This document shows, one piece after another, positions 9,449 to 18,849 of a stretch of DNA of 64,000 bases. Within the stretch, counting starts at the first letter, position 1. Each line of letters starts with the position of its first letter. The stretch is from Polyangiaceae bacterium (GTDB lineage Bacteria > Myxococcota_A > Polyangia > Polyangiales > Polyangiaceae), in contig CBDCTZ010000015.1 of assembly GCA_965222375.1 (NCBI GenBank), positions 704,001-768,000 on the forward strand. The letters are read 5' to 3'. Position numbers and translations under genes: made by a program. Under the pieces are notes generated by a model. The model made no database searches and was not told where the DNA came from. It worked only from the letters and a program-made list of their open reading frames with translations.

Positions 9449-11605
9449 ATGCTTTTGTCGAAATGTCGTGTGCACGTAGGTAGCGGAATTCGGCTGGCAG
9501 CAGCCGCAGTGATCATGAGCAGCACCGTATTGGGAGGCTGTGCCGCAACTCAGAAACCAGTTCGAACAGAAGCGGCCCTCGGCCGCGTGATCATCTACCG
9601 CAACGGCGTGGCGTACTTCGAGCGCCGCGCACGAATCAAAGGGGACGAATTGACCATCACCGTTCCCGCGGAGCGCGTGGACGACTTCTTGAAGTCGTTG
9701 ACGGTCACCGACGCGGCGACCGGAAAGTCCTTGCCCGTTTCCTATCCCACGGTGCTGCAGAACGGCGACGAAGTGGAGATGACCATCAAGCTCCCTCGCC
9801 CGGTACCGAAGGAGCTCAAGGTCAGCTATGTCACCGCCAGCCCCGCCTGGAAGCCGAGCTACCGCCTGGTGCTCAAAGACGGCGGCAAGGCGCGGCTGGA
9901 AGCATGGGCCGTGGTGGACAACGTTTCCGGGGAAGACTGGAAGTCCGTCACCGTGGGCGTGGGTTCCACCTCGGCACTGTCGTTCAAGTACGACTTGAAG
10001 AGTGTACGCATGGTTGAGCGCGAGACCCTCGGGGACAACAACGCCGTCGCACTGGCGCCGCCCACCGGGGGCTCCCCGTATCAAGTGAAGAGCGGGGAGG
10101 TGCAGGTCTTGGGTAACTTCAGAGTGGCGGAGGTGGATGGTCTGCGCGAGGCGCAACACAGCCGCGGCAGTGGAGTGATCGCTGGCAACACGACTCGTCA
10201 ATCTGCGTACAAGGGAAAACGACCTCGCTCCAAGTCCCGCAAGAAGCTTGAAGCGTACGTCCAAGATGAGCTCGGTGCCGACAACCGGGGAACCGAAGAA
10301 CACTTGCGTCCTCTTGCCGGGCTCGCAAAACGCGCTCTGAAGAACAAGCAAAAGGTACGCGTGGAAGGTTTTGCGCTCCCCGGCGATTCCAACAAGAAGC
10401 AGGCCTCGCTGGCCCGAGCCAATGCAGTCAAGGACGAGCTCGTGGCCAACGGCATTCCCGCGTCGAGCATCGAAACCGTCGCGACGGGCAAGGTGAACAC
10501 CCGCGACGGCGTGCGCCTGGTGGCGATTCCCCAGGGCTCGGTTCGTCCCCAGCAAGCCAAACGCCCCGAAGCCGGCAGCGCGACGGATCCCATCGGAAGC
10601 GCCTACTTCGTTGCACCCAAGCCGATGAACATCGAAAAGGATCACTCGGCGATGGTCAACATCCTGACCACCAAGACCAAAGCCGAGCAGCTCTACTACT
10701 ACGATCCCGTCTCGGACCGCGGTTCCAAGCGCTTTGCTTTCAAAGCCGTCCGTATCGAGAACCCCAGCAAGTACACCCTCGATAGCGGCCCCTTCACGGT
10801 CTACTCGGACAACCAGTTTCTCGGCGAAGGCCTGAGCGAAGCCATCCCGGCCAAGTCCAGCGCGTTCATTCCTTACGCCTTGGACAAGAAGGTGCTGGTG
10901 GATCCAGTGGTCGACACCCGCGAGGAAATCGATCGCTTGATCACGATCGAACGCGGCGTCGTACGCACCGAGACCAAGCGAATCCGACGCACCAAGCTGG
11001 CCTTCGTCAACCGGGGAGCAAGCAGCGCGAAAGTCATCGTGCGCCATGCAGTCCCCAAGGGCTGGAAGCTGCGCACCAGCGACAAGCGCGCCGAGAAACT
11101 GCGCGGCGCCTATCTCTTCCCCGTCACGATCCCGGCGAAGGGTTCCGTGAAGCTTCAGATCGAAGAGAGCATGCCCTTCGAAAAGACCGTCAACATCAAT
11201 ACCGACCACGGGGTCAAACAGATCGCGCTCTTCCTCGAGGCCCGCAAGAAGCTCGCCCCCGAGCTAGCCACCCAGCTAGACGAAATCGTGAAGCTTCACC
11301 GCGCACTGCAAGACAAGCAGAGCCGCATCGACACCGTGCACCGACAAATGAACGACTACCGCAAGCGAGTCGACGAAATCCACGTCCAGCTGGTGACGCT
11401 ACGCAAGGTGCCGCACGCCCAAAAACTGAGCCGCCACCTCGCCAAGAAGATGGAAGAGATCAGCGAGCGCCTACAGAAAGCCACGATGGAGGTCACGGAC
11501 CTAGAAGGACAAGTGCTCTCCAGTCGGATCTCCCTGCAAGATCGCCTCGCAGAGCTGACGCTGGAGGACAAGAAGAGCAAGGAGAAGGTGGCGAGTTCGA
11601 AGTAA
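9449..11605 (+). CDS. DUF4139-type lipoprotein with an internal OmpA-like domain and C-terminal coiled coil
   Basis: VLGGC lipobox; RVIIYRNGVAYFER, WKPSYRL and WAVVDNVSGEDW motifs; internal VEGFA...SLARANAVKDELVANGI. Confidence 0.75.
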   Translation: MLLSKCRVHVGSGIRLAAAAVIMSSTVLGGCAATQKPVRTEAALGRVIIYRNGVAYFERRARIKGDELTITVPAERVDDFLKSLTVTDAATGKSLPVSYPTVLQNGDEVEMTIKLPRPVPKELKVSYVTASPAWKPSYRLVLKDGGKARLEAWAVVDNVSGEDWKSVTVGVGSTSALSFKYDLKSVRMVERETLGDNNAVALAPPTGGSPYQVKSGEVQVLGNFRVAEVDGLREAQHSRGSGVIAGNTTRQSAYKGKRPRSKSRKKLEAYVQDELGADNRGTEEHLRPLAGLAKRALKNKQKVRVEGFALPGDSNKKQASLARANAVKDELVANGIPASSIETVATGKVNTRDGVRLVAIPQGSVRPQQAKRPEAGSATDPIGSAYFVAPKPMNIEKDHSAMVNILTTKTKAEQLYYYDPVSDRGSKRFAFKAVRIENPSKYTLDSGPFTVYSDNQFLGEGLSEAIPAKSSAFIPYALDKKVLVDPVVDTREEIDRLITIERGVVRTETKRIRRTKLAFVNRGASSAKVIVRHAVPKGWKLRTSDKRAEKLRGAYLFPVTIPAKGSVKLQIEESMPFEKTVNINTDHGVKQIALFLEARKKLAPELATQLDEIVKLHRALQDKQSRIDTVHRQMNDYRKRVDEIHVQLVTLRKVPHAQKLSRHLAKKMEEISERLQKATMEVTDLEGQVLSSRISLQDRLAELTLEDKKSKEKVASSK

Positions 11606-11807
11606 AGCGCGGCGTGTAGGGGCGCGTTCGTGTTGTGCGGGCGCGCCCGGACACTGCAGGCGCCCTCCAACTCAGGCCTTCCGACTCTGTGGGAGCGAGG
11701 CGGGTTAGTGATGGGTTTGGGGTCGAGCGTTGGTGCACGTTAGGCCCCTACTCCCGCAATAGGCCCCGCACCCGCTCATAGAACGCCTTGGCCGCCGGCG
11801 TTGGGGT

Positions 11808-11904
11808 GTGGGCGCGCGAGCCCGCGCCCCAACCGACGACGATCCTCCCGATCCCCAAACCTGGATCGACCCATTGCCCCCCGACGATCTCGACCCCCGC
11901 CTGA
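11808..11904 (+). pseudogene. Probable C-terminal remnant of an IS91/ISCR-family rolling-circle transposase
   Basis: Reads ARARAPTDDDPPDPQTWIDPLPPDDLDP. The homologous stretch at 40766 has one C fewer and gives ...LDPA-TGA. The Pro/Asp-rich 'ARARxPT' tail is recalled from IS91-family transposases, not searched. Confidence 0.5.
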
Positions 11905-11943
11905 CCCAGCTCAGCCAGCGCCGAGCTCCGCTTTGGTTTCGCT
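11888..11943 (+). repeat. ~56-bp left extension of the 109-bp element (shared with 40765-40819)
   Basis: TCTCGACCCC(C)GCCTGACCCAGCTCAGCCAGCGCCrAGCTCCGCTTTGGTTTCGCT is nearly identical at both sites. Confidence 0.93.
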
Positions 11944-12051
11944 CAAATCGCCGTCATTCCACCCTGAATGAAACAACTAGATCGTGGAACGGAGGTTACG
12001 TGAACTTTCCACGCCGTGCTTCGGCGCGAACGCTTTGGTCCGCCTAGACTC
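11944..12051 (+). mobile_element. 109-bp element copy 1 (putative IS91-like oriIS mini-element)
   Basis: Direct sequence match to seven other co-oriented copies; ends CCTAGACTC. The repeat is certain, the function inferred. Confidence 0.8.
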
Positions 12052-12111
12052 CTGACAGATACGACCAAGCGCAATCAGGAAGTCGTCCGGAAGTCTTCGC
12101 ACGAGGGCCAT
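12052..12111 (-). pseudogene. Integron cassette ORF truncated by element copy 1
   Basis: ATG 21 nt after the GTTAGGC of the attC; MALVRRLPDDFLIALGRICQ then runs into the element. Confidence 0.55.
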
Positions 12112-12132
12112 CGATCGGTCTCTTCTCAGTCT

Positions 12133-12266
12133 GCCTAACGGATCGGCCGCTAAAGCTGCGGGACGCTCCACGGCGCTTTCATCGTGGCACATGCGGCGCC
12201 CGGGACGAAGCCCCGGGCTCCCTCCGCGGCGCTTCACGCCCCGCCGGCTTGAGCGGCTGGTTAGGC
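12133..12266 (-). other. Integron attC site 1
   Basis: Minus strand reads GCCTAAC-CAGCC-GCTCAAGC...GCTTTAGC-GGCCGATCC-GTTAGGC (R''/L''/L'/R' layout); lies just after the stop of the DUF695-like ORF. Confidence 0.85.
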
Positions 12267-12294
12267 GGCGCCTCGAAGGCCAGGCGTCCGCTGC

Positions 12295-12756
12295 TCATTC
12301 CCAGGACGCCCCGCGAATCTGCTCTATCGCGCCGTCGAGGAACCTCCAGGCCGGGTCCTCGTCGTAGTTCATCTCGAAATCAATATGGCCAGCGAGGTAT
12401 TTCTCGGCCAACGAAGCGATCGCATCCAGGTCGTGCGTGTAGAACCATTCCCGAACTAGGCCTTGGGTCGTGTCGCCCAAGACGTGAACGCCAACGCCCC
12501 CGGATTCAACTGCCTCGACGAACTCGAGAGTGATGTTCCGGTAAGCCTCGTGCTGGTCCTTCGTGGGTAGACCGTCGTCCCGCTTTACGTCGAAGTGATG
12601 CTCGATAGTGACAACCGTAGGCAGAGTTGCACCCACGTAGTCTTCGCGCTCAAGTCTTCGTCCACGAAGCAAGATACGCGACCCGTCTGCCCGTCGTTCG
12701 GCGGTGAACCAAGGATGTGCCCGCAGCTTGGCAAAATCGGTGGGGCTTGCGGTCAT
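12295..12756 (-). CDS. DUF695-like integron cassette protein
   Basis: ORF fills the space between two attC sites; DGLP...VHVLGDTTQGLVREWFY...DPAW pattern. Confidence 0.7.
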   Translation of the reverse strand: MTASPTDFAKLRAHPWFTAERRADGSRILLRGRRLEREDYVGATLPTVVTIEHHFDVKRDDGLPTKDQHEAYRNITLEFVEAVESGGVGVHVLGDTTQGLVREWFYTHDLDAIASLAEKYLAGHIDFEMNYDEDPAWRFLDGAIEQIRGASWE

Positions 12757-12808
12757 CGGTTTGGTCTCGTTGCAGCACCCGGAAATCGAGCACAGCGGTG
12801 GTGCGTCC

Positions 12809-12994
12809 GCCGAACAATTGAGGCGTTCAGCAGCGAACGCCAGGATTAACACCACCCAACACTACCACGCTGCAGGCGCAGGGTTGCGCCGAACGCAGCG
12901 AAGGCTGCTCGGCGCAAGAACTCTGCGCGCAGGGCGGAACGGACGCCATCCAGTCAGAAAGCCGGCGGTCGTCTGCTGCAACGTCCTGTTAGGC
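12809..12994 (-). other. Integron attC site 2
   Basis: Minus strand reads GCCTAAC-AGGAC-GTTGCAGC-AGACGACCGCC...GGCGTTCGCTGCTGAACGCCTCAATT-GTTCGGC, an imperfect inverted repeat. Confidence 0.8.
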
Positions 12995-13183
12995 GGCCGC
13001 GGAATGGCCTGTTGTTAGCGCCAGTGAGCAGCGTTCGTCTGGTGCAATCGGTCTGCCAGCGAGGCCGCAACAACAGTAATCGACGCTGGAGGGTGCGCGG
13101 GACGAACGGGTTGCGAAACGCGGTGCGAGACGTCTTGGGACGTGCACCAAACCTGGTGGTGGCCGCGGCTTGGGGGTTTCGTG

Positions 13184-14392
13184 CTACCTGAGCCCCTGGT
13201 CTCGGATGGCATTTTTTAGCTTGGTTGCCACTGGCCCCAAGGCGGCTCGCAGGTTTCCGTCCGACCTGGCTGCATCATACGTCGCGGTGGTGACACCGAC
13301 GAGGTCGCTCGGAAGATGCATCTCTGCGTCACGTGGGTGCACGATGAAAGTACGACTTGGACCGATCTTGCCGATGAAGAGCCCCAGTTCGAAGAGCACA
13401 TTGTCGCGGGGCGCTTTCTTCTCCTCGTCACGTTTGGTCAACAAGTCATCGGGGGTCAGTACCAGCGCAGCGAAATCGTGCGACTCCAACGTTTTCGCGA
13501 GGCTGTCGAGTGTGCCGTGAGTGAGCCCGAAGATTCCCTGCGTCCATAGGGTGACTTCAGCTTCGTACTCAAGGTTCACCTGGAGCTCTTCAGCTGGGTC
13601 AAGACCCTCCGCCGACGAACCGATGAACAGTCGAGGCTTTTGCGCGGTTTCGATCGGCGGCCGCCCACGTTTCACCTCCGGCGGAGCGTCCTCGGTCGAA
13701 TCTGCCGTGGTGTTGGCATCCGGCGCGAGTGAAGAACCTGTGGCCGCTTCAACCACGTCCACAAGCTGCGCCGCGAGGGCAGACGTGAGGAGCTCCTCCA
13801 TCTTCGCGAGGTCGAGGCGTCCGCCTCTCCACGCCGCGTCGGCCGCTTCGAGAGCGGCGTAGTACGGTTTCTTGTTGTCCGCGATCATCTCCGGGATGGT
13901 GGGTGTCCCTGGGAGCGGGTAGCCCAACCTTATACAAAGGGCCATGTACGAAACGGTTCGCGACGTACGTCCGTTTCCGTCCTCGAACGGGTGGATCCAG
14001 TTGACCCGCCACAGGAGAAAAGCTGCGAGATGAACCGGGTATGCCGTTTCCCAATTGGCGGTCACGTAGTCGCAGAGATCATCGACGTGGCTGGGGACGT
14101 CTTCGTGCGGTGGCGGCACGTGGGTTGACTTGGTGATCTCAATTGGCCCCGTGCGATACGCCCCAGGATGAGCGACGAGGCCGTCGACAGCCAGCCTGTT
14201 CAACTCGATGAGAGTCGATGTTCGGAGACGAAACTGCTGTGAGGAAACCGCGTGATCGATCAACTCGAACATCCGATCGGTCTGACGAAGGCCGTTTTCG
14301 GCCTCACGTCTCACCACCTGCTCGTCCGTCAGCTTGGGGGCCGCCGTTTCCGGACTTATAAGCCTGCTTGCACGATCGCCGGTGTCTCCCAT
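13184..14392 (-). CDS. Fic domain fused to a C-terminal TIR-like (CAP12/PF10137-type) domain
   Basis: Canonical Fic motif HPFEDGNGRTSR; C-terminal LFIGSS...DFAALVLTPDD...PRDNVLFELGLFIG...LPSDLVG. Confidence 0.9.
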   Translation of the reverse strand: MGDTGDRASRLISPETAAPKLTDEQVVRREAENGLRQTDRMFELIDHAVSSQQFRLRTSTLIELNRLAVDGLVAHPGAYRTGPIEITKSTHVPPPHEDVPSHVDDLCDYVTANWETAYPVHLAAFLLWRVNWIHPFEDGNGRTSRTVSYMALCIRLGYPLPGTPTIPEMIADNKKPYYAALEAADAAWRGGRLDLAKMEELLTSALAAQLVDVVEAATGSSLAPDANTTADSTEDAPPEVKRGRPPIETAQKPRLFIGSSAEGLDPAEELQVNLEYEAEVTLWTQGIFGLTHGTLDSLAKTLESHDFAALVLTPDDLLTKRDEEKKAPRDNVLFELGLFIGKIGPSRTFIVHPRDAEMHLPSDLVGVTTATYDAARSDGNLRAALGPVATKLKNAIRDQGLR

Positions 14393-14417
14393 GAGGGCTA
14401 GTCCGCGACAGCAGGTG

Positions 14418-14597
14418 CTAGCCCTTGTCGCTAGCGAGCACTCGCGCAGCCTTTTCTATGGAGTCGCGAGTGATGTTTCGGTTCTCGATCTTGGTGTTGC
14501 CGTAGGTGAAACTCTGACGCTGGCGTTCGCGTTCCGTCGAGGTCTGCTTTATCCGCTTCGCCGCCTTCAAGAGATCTGAGAGTTTGCTGTCGTTCAC
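14418..14597 (-). CDS. Small 59-aa protein upstream of Fic-TIR (candidate antitoxin/partner)
   Basis: GTG start after a GGAGG; ...RQRQSFTYGNTKIENRNITR...; stop is 25 nt from the Fic start. Confidence 0.65.
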   Translation of the reverse strand: MNDSKLSDLLKAAKRIKQTSTERERQRQSFTYGNTKIENRNITRDSIEKAARVLASDKG

Positions 14598-14687
14598 GCT
14601 GCGGCCCTCCTGCTGAACAGGCGGGCAGGGTAGCATGGTCGACTCCGCCGCTCCAAGTGATCTGAGGAGGCAGGATTTTCGCCAGCC

Positions 14688-14796
14688 CAAATCAGCCGTC
14701 ATTCCACCCTGAATGAAACAACTAGATCGTGGAACGGAGGTTACGTGAACTTTCCACGCCGTGCTTCGGCGCGAACGCTTTGGTCCGCCTAGACTC
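14688..14796 (+). mobile_element. 109-bp element copy 2
   Basis: Essentially identical to copy 1 (one extra A near the left end). Confidence 0.8.
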
Positions 14797-14823
14797 GTCT
14801 CCTCCCATTGCCAGCCCAGCTCC

Positions 14824-15426
14824 TCACATCGGGTCTGGAACAAAGACGTACTGTTCCTCACCGATGTCGATCTGCTCCCTTGTGGCTCGTTTGATCGTGC
14901 CCGTGCGGCGCACGGGCGTTTCCGCGGGGAAAGGACAGGTGCGAAAACACGCATCCTCACAACTAGTTGAATGACACCAGAACCTGCTGAGAACCTCAGG
15001 GTCCATGATGATGAGCGAAGTCCCGTTGCGCTTGCACGACGCCATCTTGCGAGTTCCAGGCGGGACGAACGTCGTGCGACTTGAGCACAAGCCACAGCGT
15101 CCACACGCCATGCCGCAAGCGGTTCCCGCATCGCACGACACGACCCAACCAGCAGTGGCGACTCGCTGACCAAAGTAGCTTGCTGGCTCCGCGATCAAGC
15201 GCTCGATCGGAACTTCCTCGGGAAGTTGCTCGCCCCGTGCGTCCTCGGTGCCACGACCTGTCGCGAGGGCGCCAGCGTCAGACGCTGCGGGCTCCGCAGA
15301 GTCGACCTGCGGCGGGGTGGCAGCTGCGGGCTGGGGTGGCGGCCGGCACGCCGCAACAAGCAGAGCGCCGAGCGCTACGAAACCGCCGCTAGGTACTGCG
15401 ATCCCGAATTTGGTCTGGACGCTCAT
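14824..15426 (-). CDS. Cys-rich putative lipoprotein
   Basis: MSVQTKFG...LLVAAC lipobox; starts directly after the protease stop. Confidence 0.7.
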   Translation of the reverse strand: MSVQTKFGIAVPSGGFVALGALLVAACRPPPQPAAATPPQVDSAEPAASDAGALATGRGTEDARGEQLPEEVPIERLIAEPASYFGQRVATAGWVVSCDAGTACGMACGRCGLCSSRTTFVPPGTRKMASCKRNGTSLIIMDPEVLSRFWCHSTSCEDACFRTCPFPAETPVRRTGTIKRATREQIDIGEEQYVFVPDPM

Positions 15427-15431
15427 GGCTA

Positions 15432-18400
15432 TCATAGACCCGCAAACGGTTGACCGGGTGGATTGCTGGTGGGTTTCTTTGGGGTCGAAGCCGGCGCGAA
15501 CGGTGTGAGAGTTCGGAAGAATGTGACGTCGGCGGCGTTGACGGCTCGCAGCAGCACGAGAATGTCGGCTGCCTCGGCCGTCTGTGTCGGGTTCCAGGCA
15601 CAGGCGAGCTGACCGCTGAGCAATGCCTCCGCGGCTGCAATGACCTCGGCCACGGAGATGTCCCGCGTGTACACGAACGCGTTGGCCAGGTCTTCGCCAG
15701 CCTCCGTGCGGGCGAGGACGTTGAGCTTGGCTGCTAGCAGCTCGGCGTACAGCTCGGCCATCACGCGTGCCGGGTCGATGCTGTCGCCGTGGGACAAGTG
15801 CGCTTGCACTGCGGAAGCCCCGACCACGAGCAGCTTGACCTTGCTTCCTTTCTTCCCGGGGGGCCTGTGGCATACCGCCGCATGAGAGGCGCTGGCCCCA
15901 CCTAGCTCCGGAGCGGCATGAGTGAGAATCGCCAGCGCTTGCGACGCAGAGGTTACCGGAGTCCCGGCGACACTGATGGGTAGAAACGAGCTCAGGTCAG
16001 TGGAGATCCAGGTCGCAACTGGAACCGCGCCACTTGGGCTCAGTCTTCGCGTTGGCTGACCAAACACCTCATAGGTGACGGGAGACCCGACAGGCGCCCA
16101 GATGCGCACGTTGTTTTGAACGCGAACGTTCTGCCATCTCCATTCCCAAGCACCCGGCGTGCCCTGCACCGAGACCGTCAAGCGCTCTTCATCCGTGACC
16201 GTTACGCCGTCGTTGTTTCCGGAGGGGTTTGTGTTGCTGAGCTTGACAGCTCCGGAGGGGTCCAGGACGGCATACCGAATGTCCGCGCTGGCGCCGGTAG
16301 CAACGCCATTTGCCTTCACATCGAGAGGGCCACGCTGTCCCACGACCGCCGGATCGTCGTCAACCAAGATGTCCGCGTCCGCATCCCGAAGGGTCATCGA
16401 GACAGAAGCGGCTCCAACGTCCACAAAGAACCGAAACGTGCCATCATAGTTCGTGTCCAGCATCGCGGTGTCGGCGAGCGGTCCGACCGCAAATGGGCCC
16501 GCGAGGTCCCGTGCGATGAACGCGAAATCGTTGGCGATCGTGCTCACCTGACCCGTGGCCCGCACCTTGAAGCTGTTGGTAAGCCCGGCCGTGACCGGAA
16601 CCATGGGTTGACCACAGGCTCCTTGCGTCAAGTACACGTCCAGAATGTAGAAGTGCGCCCCACTTCCGCTAGCTGTCCCAAAGGTTGGCCCACCATAAAC
16701 GGTGCCCCAATCAGCGTCCGCAAACGCCGCCGCCGAATCCTCCACCGTGACTTGGGGAAGTGGTGTCTCGGGGTTCGCCTTGTCCTTCGAACTCGAGAGC
16801 TCGTAGCAGGTTCGAGTACCGGCGTTGTTGCCCGTGTCGTACAGACTGCCCAACGTCTGGTCGCCATCGAAGACTTGAACCGTGACGGTGGTTTGACCCG
16901 CTGGAACGCCGATGAGAAAACGCGTGCGCTGGTTTGGAACCGTGGCGAAGGGCTGCCCGGTCACGGTCACGAAGCGACCATCATTTCCGTCCGCTGACGG
17001 GAACCCAGACACCGGGACACCCTGGTTGGTGGGCCCGCTCGCGCCACCGAAGTACAGGTCTCGCGTGCCATCTTCTCTGATCAGCTCCAGATCCACGAAA
17101 CCGTCGTCGTTCGCGTCGCCCGTCGAGTACTCGACGTACGTTCCCACCAGCAGCGGAAAGGTAGAAAACGCCAGGGTTGCGTCAACAAAGATGGCCTGTG
17201 CGCCAGCGACAACGACAAAGTCTTCGACGCCATCGTTGTCGAAGTCGCCCAGCGGAACAAAAGAAAACTTGTCGGCCTCTTGCGGAGAGACAGGCAGCAG
17301 GGCGTCAAAGGCTGCAAAGAAAGCCCCATCGATGTAAATGTTGATCCACAGCGTGCCCTGGTGCTCGTAGTACGCGAGATAGTCGTCGCGGTTGCCGTCG
17401 AGGTCGTAGTCGTAGGCGACTGGTAGCCACTTGCGTGGCAGCTGCTGCAAGTCGAGCGCGATGGAGTGATGGGTTGTGCCTGGACATGTGGGTGCGCCCT
17501 GTCCAGTTGGAAAACAGTCCTTCACACAACCGCCAGGGCCAAGAGCCCATTCTGGCCCCGCGATCACCATTCCGAACGCGGCGCCCGCGGGTGTCAGAAC
17601 CGGAGCGCCACTTGAACCCCGGAGCAGGTCCGCCTCCACCGTAAATGTCCCAGGTCCACCGTTGGTCGGAAACTGCTGTCCGATCGCCGCAACGTTGACT
17701 TGATCGTCGAGCTTGAGAGGAAGCCCGAAGGTGTGTGACCAGATCAGATTGTTTTGGGAAATTGTGGGAGCTGCATTGGTCGGGAAGAGCGGCTCGCGAT
17801 CTGTTGTCAGCGGGCCGCCGGTTCCCGTGCCGCCCGTGACCGGTCGGTCCACTCGGAATATCACCCAATCGTCCGGCAAACCGTTGACTGCCGGCAGTAC
17901 GGTTGGACCGTGGTCGAGTACCGCATCGCAGAAATAGATGTGGCGCGACAGGATATTCGGGTTTCCGTTGGGAAAGTTTGGGCTGCTTGTGCGCCAGCGC
18001 ATCACCACAGCACGCTTCGCGCATTCTTGGCCCCAACCGTTCCAAGGCGCGACAAGGTCGGTCATACAGTGAGCAGCCGTTGCGAACCGATCCGGTCCGA
18101 CCATAAACACCGTGCACGCCGCGGATGTCTTGCGCTCAGAGCTGAATAGCTCCCCTGAGCAGAATGTCGATTGCTGCGTCGATAGAATCCACGTGCAGTC
18201 CGTTGCGGTCGGTGGCACCGGGCAGTTGAAGGCGGTTGAGTTGAGGTCAGAACTATTGACCATCAGCCCGACCGCAGTGCCGTATTCCTGGTGGGCCTGG
18301 TTCGATACGTTTTGGAAGTTCTTCAGGTTCGCGTTGCCCCAGATGACTTCGGAGCCCCGAGACGCCGAGTCTTCGTGTGGCTCAGATGCGCAACCCGCGA

Positions 18401-18455
18401 AAGCGACGCCAACCGCAGCGGCTATTGAAACTCCAAGAACACGCATCCCGCCCAT
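15432..18455 (-). CDS. Large lipoprotein with a trypsin-like serine protease domain and FG-GAP/VCBS-like repeats
   Basis: FAGC lipobox; TAAHC, DW and GSSGAPV catalytic-triad motifs; GDFDNDG and GDANDDG repeats; GGAGG RBS before ATG 18455. Confidence 0.85.
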   Translation of the reverse strand: MGGMRVLGVSIAAAVGVAFAGCASEPHEDSASRGSEVIWGNANLKNFQNVSNQAHQEYGTAVGLMVNSSDLNSTAFNCPVPPTATDCTWILSTQQSTFCSGELFSSERKTSAACTVFMVGPDRFATAAHCMTDLVAPWNGWGQECAKRAVVMRWRTSSPNFPNGNPNILSRHIYFCDAVLDHGPTVLPAVNGLPDDWVIFRVDRPVTGGTGTGGPLTTDREPLFPTNAAPTISQNNLIWSHTFGLPLKLDDQVNVAAIGQQFPTNGGPGTFTVEADLLRGSSGAPVLTPAGAAFGMVIAGPEWALGPGGCVKDCFPTGQGAPTCPGTTHHSIALDLQQLPRKWLPVAYDYDLDGNRDDYLAYYEHQGTLWINIYIDGAFFAAFDALLPVSPQEADKFSFVPLGDFDNDGVEDFVVVAGAQAIFVDATLAFSTFPLLVGTYVEYSTGDANDDGFVDLELIREDGTRDLYFGGASGPTNQGVPVSGFPSADGNDGRFVTVTGQPFATVPNQRTRFLIGVPAGQTTVTVQVFDGDQTLGSLYDTGNNAGTRTCYELSSSKDKANPETPLPQVTVEDSAAAFADADWGTVYGGPTFGTASGSGAHFYILDVYLTQGACGQPMVPVTAGLTNSFKVRATGQVSTIANDFAFIARDLAGPFAVGPLADTAMLDTNYDGTFRFFVDVGAASVSMTLRDADADILVDDDPAVVGQRGPLDVKANGVATGASADIRYAVLDPSGAVKLSNTNPSGNNDGVTVTDEERLTVSVQGTPGAWEWRWQNVRVQNNVRIWAPVGSPVTYEVFGQPTRRLSPSGAVPVATWISTDLSSFLPISVAGTPVTSASQALAILTHAAPELGGASASHAAVCHRPPGKKGSKVKLLVVGASAVQAHLSHGDSIDPARVMAELYAELLAAKLNVLARTEAGEDLANAFVYTRDISVAEVIAAAEALLSGQLACAWNPTQTAEAADILVLLRAVNAADVTFFRTLTPFAPASTPKKPTSNPPGQPFAGL

Positions 18456-18693
18456 CTTCAACCTCCCGGCTGCCCAACTTCCGCCAGCGTCTCATGCTAA
18501 CTGGAGAACGTGGCCTGTCAACAGCCGCTCCGTGGCCCGACAGACGCCCGCTGACACCCCACCTCCGCGACCCCACCCAAACAAACAAAGCGGACCCACG
18601 AAGCAAAAACGCGGCACTCCGTGAGGAGCACCGCGCATTCACATTCACGAGCTTCTCGCGCCCGAAGACGCGAAGCACATGAACAACACGGAC

Positions 18694-18848
<155 letters not shown>

Positions 18849-18849
<1 letters not shown>

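Noticed and set aside
7208..11209. Long antisense ORFs (7208-8638 +, 9425-11209 -) and similar shadow ORFs across the window
   Set aside because: They lie opposite well-supported genes and are expected from GC3 bias.
11616..11751. REP-like GTAGGGGC...GCCCCTAC inverted pair after the DUF4139-type gene
   Set aside because: Only 8 bp, a single occurrence, widely spaced, and no RAYT gene; could be chance in GC-rich DNA.
11944..12051. The repeat as a tRNA/tmRNA-derived att site or a group II intron 3' end
   Set aside because: No T-loop/CCA end and no domain V-like motif is recognisable on either strand.
14681..14818. GCCAGCCCA on both sides of copy 2 as a target-site duplication
   Set aside because: The right-hand copy is 13 bp away from the element end, and no other copy shows a flanking duplication.
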